Made by a program: the position numbers and the translations under genes. This document shows positions 9,275 through 14,860 of a stretch of DNA of 37,420 nucleotides, piece after piece. The stretch spans positions 1-37,420 of the forward strand of contig CAZPLO010000013.1 of the NCBI GenBank assembly GCA_964587725.1, in the 5' to 3' direction. Numbering within the stretch: position 1 is the first letter of the stretch; each line of letters starts with the position of its first letter. The stretch is from an uncultured archaeon (GTDB lineage: Archaea > Altiarchaeota > Altiarchaeia > IMC4 > SCGC-AAA252-I15). The notes below the pieces were generated by a model. It was not told the origin of the DNA. It did no database searches and saw only the letters and a list, made by a program, of their open reading frames with translations.

Positions 9275-10384
9275 TCATTTCAGCCTCGCCTGCTTCTTCA
9301 ACGCAGATATTATGTCGTCGAATACTTCGATGGGGTCCCATCCACTTTTGGCGGCGTGGAAGTTCCGGAGGTCGGTTATCATGTTCGCCTTCATCTCGTA
9401 CAGGGTTTTCCTGCCTTCGTCGTTGGTGGATTTCACGGTCACCTTCAATTCCTTCAGCGTATCCAGCCCTATTCTCTTGTCGTAGAAGTCTGTGAATGAC
9501 TTGAGGCTTTTCTCCATCTGCTTCCACGTGAACGGGTCGAACTCGTGCTTGGAGATGATGGCTATCTTCTGCTTGCTCAAGTCGGCGGCGGGCCGGAAGC
9601 CCTCGAGGAACCGGAGGACGTCCCTGAATGTGACTAGGGTGCCGTCGACTCCCGCGTACACTGTGTTGTAGTATCGCATGTCGTTCAGTATCTTGTGGAG
9701 GCTGTCGTCCCTGCTTCCGCGGACCACCAGGAGCTCTGTCGCGTTTTGGGCGTCGACGCCGAGGCGCTTGGTTTTTTCGCCGGAGCGCTCCCCCACCGTC
9801 GTGGTCTTCCGGGGGAGCCGGGATATTTTCTCGGCGTAGTCTTTCTCGCCTATGAGGCGGTTGGCTTCCGCCTCCCCCACCAGCATCTTGGTGAGCTCCT
9901 TGTCCCTCAAAGCCACTCTCGCCTTGTCGACTTCCTCGTGGACGCCTATTGTCGGATAGTCCATGGGGTCTATGTCGCCTGCCTTCATGTTCTTGAACTC
10001 GTCCTGTTGGATGCACCAGTCCAGTATCCTCTGGAGTGTGAGGAGGCGTGCGGGGTTGTCTTTCTCGCCCACGGGTATTGCGCGGAAGCTGTTGCTCCAC
10101 ATGTCGTGGAGTGCGTCGAATACGCTGGTGTCTTCCGGCAGCACCGGCGTGCGGGTGAGAGCCGACTTCACCTTGGCCTTGTCCGGCTGGTTTTTGGATG
10201 AGACTATGTCCCTCGCGGACAGCATGCCCTCGTATTTTTTGCCGTCGAACACTGGCAGCGCCTGCGTCCGGTGTTTTATCATCTTCCCTATGGCCGAACC
10301 CAATGTCTCGGACGGGGCCAGCCGCGCCTTCGGTTCCTCGCACAATTCCGTCAACGTTGTAGTGCCTAACTTTTCGTCTAACAT
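9275..10384 (-). CDS. CBS-domain protein with a C-terminal HPF/RaiA-like domain (HibA-like archaeal ribosome hibernation factor candidate)
   Basis: Two CBS pairs, then a ~95-aa beta-alpha-beta-beta-beta-alpha pattern (LKVTVK...YEMKANM...AAKSGWDPIEVFDDIISALKKQ). Confidence 0.72.
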   Translation of the reverse strand: MLDEKLGTTTLTELCEEPKARLAPSETLGSAIGKMIKHRTQALPVFDGKKYEGMLSARDIVSSKNQPDKAKVKSALTRTPVLPEDTSVFDALHDMWSNSFRAIPVGEKDNPARLLTLQRILDWCIQQDEFKNMKAGDIDPMDYPTIGVHEEVDKARVALRDKELTKMLVGEAEANRLIGEKDYAEKISRLPRKTTTVGERSGEKTKRLGVDAQNATELLVVRGSRDDSLHKILNDMRYYNTVYAGVDGTLVTFRDVLRFLEGFRPAADLSKQKIAIISKHEFDPFTWKQMEKSLKSFTDFYDKRIGLDTLKELKVTVKSTNDEGRKTLYEMKANMITDLRNFHAAKSGWDPIEVFDDIISALKKQARLK

Positions 10385-10578
10385 CCTGATACCTCACACA
10401 CGCAGAGTCCGTGCTGTTTGAGTAGAAAACAAAATCGCGTTTCTCCAGCCTGCTTTTTCCTCACGTGTTCCTCCGCAGACGAGAATGTGAACCACAGTTT
10501 ATAAATCATACGGCCTGAAAACGAAATTCTCATAAATTAATGATTTTTCCTTGTAAATTCATGATTTTTCATTAATAT

Positions 10579-11262
10579 TTAAGAATCCGTTACCACCACG
10601 CAGTCGCCGTCCTGGCAGTAGGTTGCTCCGCCCCTGCACGCGTCCACGGGGCTTAGACTGAGGCTGGAGTCCTCCACACAGTATGAGTCCGGCGTGGTGG
10701 GGTTCCTGCACACGGGAGTCACCGTCTTCAAGTACACGTCGCCGAGGTGGCAGACCCTCTCCCTGCTGGGCAGTCCGCAGTCCGTGTTCCTGCTGCACCG
10801 GATTTCCGGGGTGGTTGTTGTCGTCGACGTGGATGTGGTGGTCGGCACCAGAATGCATTCTCCGCCGACGCACGCGGGCCGCATGAAGCATGACGGGTGG
10901 TTGGACATCACCGCAGGGCACATGATGGCAGCACATTCCGGGGCTAGCATGTTCAGCCACTCCTCACGGTACGCCCGCGCCACCGCCGTCGCCTCACCGC
11001 CGGATGTGCAGCCGCAGCATCCCGCGTCGGCCGAAACGCAGTCGAAGTCGGAGTCGCAGATCATGAGGTAGGATAAGTCGGCGACGGTCGTGGAGGTGGA
11101 CTCCGGGGTTTTGTAGGCTGTTGAAGTAGTGGTTGAAACTACGATTGACGCCCCAGTTACCGGGTGGTTGTCGTATCCGTCCCACGCGATCCACACAACA
11201 ACCGCCACCAATACCGCGACCGCAGCCAGCAGAGGATATCTGGAGCCGTTATTCAACACCAC
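10579..11262 (-). CDS. Membrane-anchored Cys-rich surface protein (two disulfide-rich domains, Thr linkers)
   Basis: N-terminal TM; 10-Cys domain paralogous to 5505-6302; second C...TDC domain. Confidence 0.75.
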   Translation of the reverse strand: MVLNNGSRYPLLAAVAVLVAVVVWIAWDGYDNHPVTGASIVVSTTTSTAYKTPESTSTTVADLSYLMICDSDFDCVSADAGCCGCTSGGEATAVARAYREEWLNMLAPECAAIMCPAVMSNHPSCFMRPACVGGECILVPTTTSTSTTTTTPEIRCSRNTDCGLPSRERVCHLGDVYLKTVTPVCRNPTTPDSYCVEDSSLSLSPVDACRGGATYCQDGDCVVVTDS

Positions 11263-11393
11263 ACCACCCCCACGGGGTCGGCGATTACCGCGTAAGCGCC
11301 GGCCTTGGATGTGTCGCAGAAGCTGCCGTGTCCGTGTTCGAGGGGTGTGCCGCAGACGAGGCAGACGTCGTGTTTAACGTGCGATTCTTCCAT
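11253..11393 (-). CDS. Putative 46-aa Cys/His-rich microprotein
   Basis: MEESHVKHDVCLVCGTPLEHGHGSFCDTSKAGAYAVIADPVGVVWC; overlaps neighbours on both sides. Confidence 0.4.
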   Translation of the reverse strand: MEESHVKHDVCLVCGTPLEHGHGSFCDTSKAGAYAVIADPVGVVWC

Positions 11394-11496
11394 CCGCACC
11401 AGCCTCTTCACCCAGTACGAAGACGTTGACCACCTGGAGGTCGCGGTCTTCTCCCACAGACATTGTGGTGTGATCCTGAATTACCAGCTTCTTCAT
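11374..11496 (-). CDS. Putative 40-aa microprotein
   Basis: SD GAGGTGA, then MKKLVIQDHTTMSVGEDRDLQVVNVFVLGEEAGADGRIAR. Confidence 0.45.
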   Translation of the reverse strand: MKKLVIQDHTTMSVGEDRDLQVVNVFVLGEEAGADGRIAR

Positions 11497-11502
11497 CCCC
11501 GT

Positions 11503-11613
11503 TCACCTCAGATACCATTCAATGGTCTGCGCCTTCACCTGCGTCCAGTTCACCTGCTTGGTCAGGGGGAAGTGTACGTTACCCCCCCTCTCAACCGTAT
11601 GTTCTTCTTCCAT
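11503..11613 (-). CDS. Putative 36-aa microprotein
   Basis: SD GGAGGT, then MEEEHTVERGGNVHFPLTKQVNWTQVKAQTIEWYLR. Confidence 0.45.
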   Translation of the reverse strand: MEEEHTVERGGNVHFPLTKQVNWTQVKAQTIEWYLR

Positions 11614-11806
11614 CTAAACCTCCATAAACTGTTTTCTTAAGGCCGCCCATCCTCTTGTCGCGGAGGTATCTTTCAACCTCCGAGCTGATGAACGACTTAA
11701 GCCTGGCTCTGCCGCGGCTCCTCTGCTCCGCGGACAGTGCAGCCCACCTGCCCACGTCCGCCGCATACGACGGCGGCATGGGCTCGCTCGCGTAGCTTAT
11801 GTTCAC
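11591..11806 (-). CDS. Hypothetical 71-aa basic protein
   Basis: GGAGG SD before GTG, directly after the stop of the 564-aa gene. Confidence 0.5.
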   Translation of the reverse strand: MNISYASEPMPPSYAADVGRWAALSAEQRSRGRARLKSFISSEVERYLRDKRMGGLKKTVYGGLDGRRTYG

Positions 11807-11818
11807 CCGTTCCTCCGT

Positions 11819-13513
11819 TTAAAACCTCGTCCTCGGCACCCCGGTGGGGTTGCTCTCCCACTCCCGGCCGCCCCTGTTCTTCAACGCGAAGTACAGGAGC
11901 ACCGCCAGCGGCAGGTATATGCCCGACCCGCCGGATGGTATGTGGACTAATGCGTTCCCCAGCACCGTGGTTATGGTGGACGACACGGTTATCTCGTGCT
12001 CGACTTCGTCTACGTCATCCAACTCCACCGTGAGGACATAGTCTCCCGTGTCCTCCACAGGGAACGTGAACCCCAGGGACTCCGTCTCGTCCGCGTCCAC
12101 GTATACGTCCTGGGCCTGCGTCTCGAACCCCGACTCGCCCGTCAGCGTCGCGGATACGGGGTAGCTCATCCCTTTGGTGCCCGTATTCCGCACCTTCACG
12201 GCGACGTTCAAATCCTCTCCCTCCTCGGGTTCAGCGTATGCGACGTCGACTATGACGCCCTGCCGGTCGAACACACCCTCTGGATAGATTGTGACCTCGA
12301 CTTCGTCGTAGACTTCCTTCCCCGCTGATTCCACAGTCACCTTGCCGGCGTATGTGCCGGGGGTTATGCCCTCGTTGTCGCATTCCACCGTGAACGTCGA
12401 AACCGTATTGGGCGCTGCGTCGCCGAGCCTCAAGTCGCATGTGCCCTGCACTTCATCGTCTTCGTCCACCACCTTCATGTGGAGCCACGGCTGCCGTTCC
12501 TTGTCGGCTGGGTTGTCGAATTTCACCGTAACGGGTATGAACCCTTCTTCCTCGCTCTCCCCTACGGACACGTCAAGGACGTGTCCGCAGTCGCCGTCGG
12601 CGTAGCAGCCTACGGGCCGGTTGGCCTCGTCCACTTTCACGCAGTAGTCGCGGCCGCCTTCGAACGGGAACCGGTCTCCGTTGTAGCACATCCGCGAGTT
12701 CAAGTCGCATTTCACCCGGTCTATGCCGTGCTCGTTCATCACGTTCCTGAGGTTCTCGCAGTACAGGTCCTTGTCCATCATCTTCAACGTCATGTCAATG
12801 GCTTCCACGGCGTAGTTGGTCCTCTCCAGCGACTCCTGGGTGCCGACTATTGCTTCGCTGTTGCCCCCTATTCTGCCGCTGTTGGAGTTGATTGCCTTGC
12901 GGTTGACGTTGACTTCGTCGCGGGTGTCCCCTATGATGCCGTAGACTTTAGTGAATTCAGGCCCTGTTATGTCTCTTACTTCGGCGCCGGTGAACGCCGC
13001 AAGCGACTCCAGTATCGAGTATTCCACGTACCCTATGCTCTTGGATTTCCCAGTCCTGTAGTCCGCCACCTCCTTGAGGGCGCGGTCCATCGCCCCGGTC
13101 GCCGACTGCTGGTCGGGCTCCAGTTTGTAGAGTTCCTCGTGGGTGTGCGTCGTAATCAGCGTGTTGTTAGGGAGGTCTTCCCAGTTGACGTCGTTGAAGT
13201 AGACTTCCACGCCTCCGTTGCTGCCGAAGTAGTTGTTAGCCACAATCTTCGAGCCTGACCCGGCTGACGCTATTCCCGCTCCTTCTCCGCTGGCGGACAC
13301 CTGGTCGCTGGTGAGGTAGTAGTTGTTGGCTGTTATGCTGCCGCCGGCCACAACCTCGCTGTTGCTGTTCACGTTTCCGTCGGCGTTCGTCTCCACGTTC
13401 GTGTTCGCGTCCTGGTCCGTCTCCACCTTTATGTCGACGGTTACTTCAGCGGCCGCCGCGCCGCAGAGCACCGTCAACACCATCAAGACCGTCAGGTAAG
13501 CTGCTGCTTTCAT
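11819..13513 (-). CDS. Secreted, C-terminally anchored surface protein (coiled-coil stalk, Cys cluster, Ig/CARDB-like domains)
   Basis: Signal peptide ending AAAA-E; N@d heptads; VKVRNTG-type Ig strands; C-terminal TM plus KNRGGR; SD GAGGTGA. Confidence 0.8.
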   Translation of the reverse strand: MKAAAYLTVLMVLTVLCGAAAAEVTVDIKVETDQDANTNVETNADGNVNSNSEVVAGGSITANNYYLTSDQVSASGEGAGIASAGSGSKIVANNYFGSNGGVEVYFNDVNWEDLPNNTLITTHTHEELYKLEPDQQSATGAMDRALKEVADYRTGKSKSIGYVEYSILESLAAFTGAEVRDITGPEFTKVYGIIGDTRDEVNVNRKAINSNSGRIGGNSEAIVGTQESLERTNYAVEAIDMTLKMMDKDLYCENLRNVMNEHGIDRVKCDLNSRMCYNGDRFPFEGGRDYCVKVDEANRPVGCYADGDCGHVLDVSVGESEEEGFIPVTVKFDNPADKERQPWLHMKVVDEDDEVQGTCDLRLGDAAPNTVSTFTVECDNEGITPGTYAGKVTVESAGKEVYDEVEVTIYPEGVFDRQGVIVDVAYAEPEEGEDLNVAVKVRNTGTKGMSYPVSATLTGESGFETQAQDVYVDADETESLGFTFPVEDTGDYVLTVELDDVDEVEHEITVSSTITTVLGNALVHIPSGGSGIYLPLAVLLYFALKNRGGREWESNPTGVPRTRF

Positions 13514-13567
13514 TTTATCGTTTTCACCTCTTTTTCCTCTACCTTCATTTTTCGCCTTAAACTTGAT

Positions 13568-13605
13568 TTGAGCCTGCCGCGGGACTCGAACCCGCCGGGG
13601 CAGAC
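13568..13605 (-). ncRNA. tRNA-minihelix-like element (acceptor stem plus T-arm)
   Basis: Minus strand GUCUGCC-CCG-GCGGG-UUCGAGU-CCCGC-GGCAGGC-UCAA: 7-bp stem (one G-U), 5-bp stem, canonical 7-nt T-loop. Confidence 0.55.
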
Positions 13606-13630
13606 AAAAAAATGTGGGGGTGAGACCCCC
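13606..13630 (-). terminator. Hairpin plus U7 terminator-like element
   Basis: GGGGGU-CUC-ACCCCC then ACA-UUUUUUU, about 10 nt after the stop of the 224-aa gene. Confidence 0.65.
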
Positions 13631-13639
13631 GTGTTGTGT

Positions 13640-14314
13640 TTACTGCGTGCACTCGCCGTTCGGGCACTCGCAGAAGGGGCCTTCACACCCTGGCACTTCC
13701 GGTATCGGGCAGTCGTTGCAGATGCCGATGCCGACCAACTCCTCGTATATGAAGGGGTCGTCGGTCAAGATGCCCTTCTGGAACACACCAATGTTCGGGT
13801 TGTTGGAGCCTATCAGGCCAGGCCCATGCGCCGCGTCAGGGGTGTCCATCAGGAAGTACACGCTCTCCACGTCGTGCAAGGCTGCGGTGTTGAACATGGT
13901 GTCAATCCACGCCTCCGTTGGGTAAGCCAGTTCTCCGGGGGCACCGTTGGGGTTCCTCCACGGGTCCTGGGCGTTCTCCCAGAGTGTCGTGTCTTCCGTC
14001 CACACAGCCACTTCCTTCTCTATCAGGGTGTCGCCTGAGCCAGTTACATACTTGGCTTCCTGCATTACCCACGGAGCTGGGTTGTAGACCTGAGCCCCTA
14101 TCAGTATGCTACCGTCGTTGTCGATGCACTCATCGATGTAGCCGGTAACCTGCCAGGTCTGCCCTTCGCTCCAGTCCATACCCCGGACCATTGAGGTCTG
14201 GGAGTACTTCGTCTTTCCTCCTGTGTTCTGGACCATAGCCTCTATGTTGCTCATCGCGGAAGCTGCTCCCGCAAGGAACACCAAGGCCATAACTCCAGCC
14301 AACAGTTTTTTCAT
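13640..14314 (-). CDS. Secreted beta-rich hypothetical protein with a Cys/Pro-rich tail
   Basis: Signal peptide MKKLLAGVMALVFLAGAASA; SD GAGGTGA; tail CNDCPIPEVPGCEGPFCECPNGECTQ; alternative in-frame ATG at 14374. Confidence 0.8.
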   Translation of the reverse strand: MKKLLAGVMALVFLAGAASAMSNIEAMVQNTGGKTKYSQTSMVRGMDWSEGQTWQVTGYIDECIDNDGSILIGAQVYNPAPWVMQEAKYVTGSGDTLIEKEVAVWTEDTTLWENAQDPWRNPNGAPGELAYPTEAWIDTMFNTAALHDVESVYFLMDTPDAAHGPGLIGSNNPNIGVFQKGILTDDPFIYEELVGIGICNDCPIPEVPGCEGPFCECPNGECTQ

Positions 14315-14475
14315 TTTTTCTTCTTCACCTCTTGTTTTTTTAGTGTTGTCTATTTGATGTATAGACCGTGACATGATTCAGTACCTCCAGTCGACGTTGT
14401 ACGCCGACTCGGCGATTACGTGATGAACTCTCTTCGGTTTTTTGTTTATGTAGAAATACTTTTTGACTTGGATTT

Positions 14476-14582
14476 GGGGTTCGGTGCAGGCCAGTGCAAA
14501 AGCAGTCTTGGCGTCAGAACAGTATGCTTCAGTCCCCGGCGTATCTCCAACGGTGGTTGGCTTGCAGCCTGCACCGGACCCC
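14476..14582. ncRNA. Structured intergenic RNA candidate / long inverted repeat
   Basis: GGGGTTCGGTGCAGGC pairs with GCCTGCACCGGACCCC (16 bp, one G-U on + strand); inner TGCAA/TTGCA, AAGCA/TGCTT, CCAAC/GTTGG. Confidence 0.45.
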
Positions 14583-14860
14583 GTCCCACCCACCAGTCCA
14601 TATGTGAGCTTACTCAACAAAACCTCCAGCAGATGTTGATGTTGAACCGGTTATTGAGAACAGATTACATAGGAAGTAGTGAGCGGATTTTGGGTGAGAA
14701 AAACTATGCTGCCACCCGCCCACGTGTTCGGATTTTTTTTGCTTAAGTTCTGCCAACAAATCCTCCGTTGTGGTATGTGAGTCCCTGTATAAAAACACAC
14801 CGGTTTCAAATGTGAAGTAAGTATTCAATTTTTATTCGCATCCGCACAAACAGTTTCACC

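Noticed and set aside
13568-13640. Complete tRNA gene
   Set aside because: No D arm or anticodon arm; only 34 nt of tRNA-like structure.
14476-14582. Cyclic-dinucleotide (GEMM) or other known riboswitch
   Set aside because: I could not find the GEMM tetraloop/receptor or the TPP, FMN, fluoride or cobalamin consensus; kept only as an unclassified structure.
14378-14620. ORF containing AKTAFALA, which resembles a tmRNA tag peptide
   Set aside because: No stop follows ALA, no tmRNA 5'/3' tRNA-like ends flank it, and tmRNA is not known in archaea; the ORF overlaps the inverted repeat and is probably spurious.
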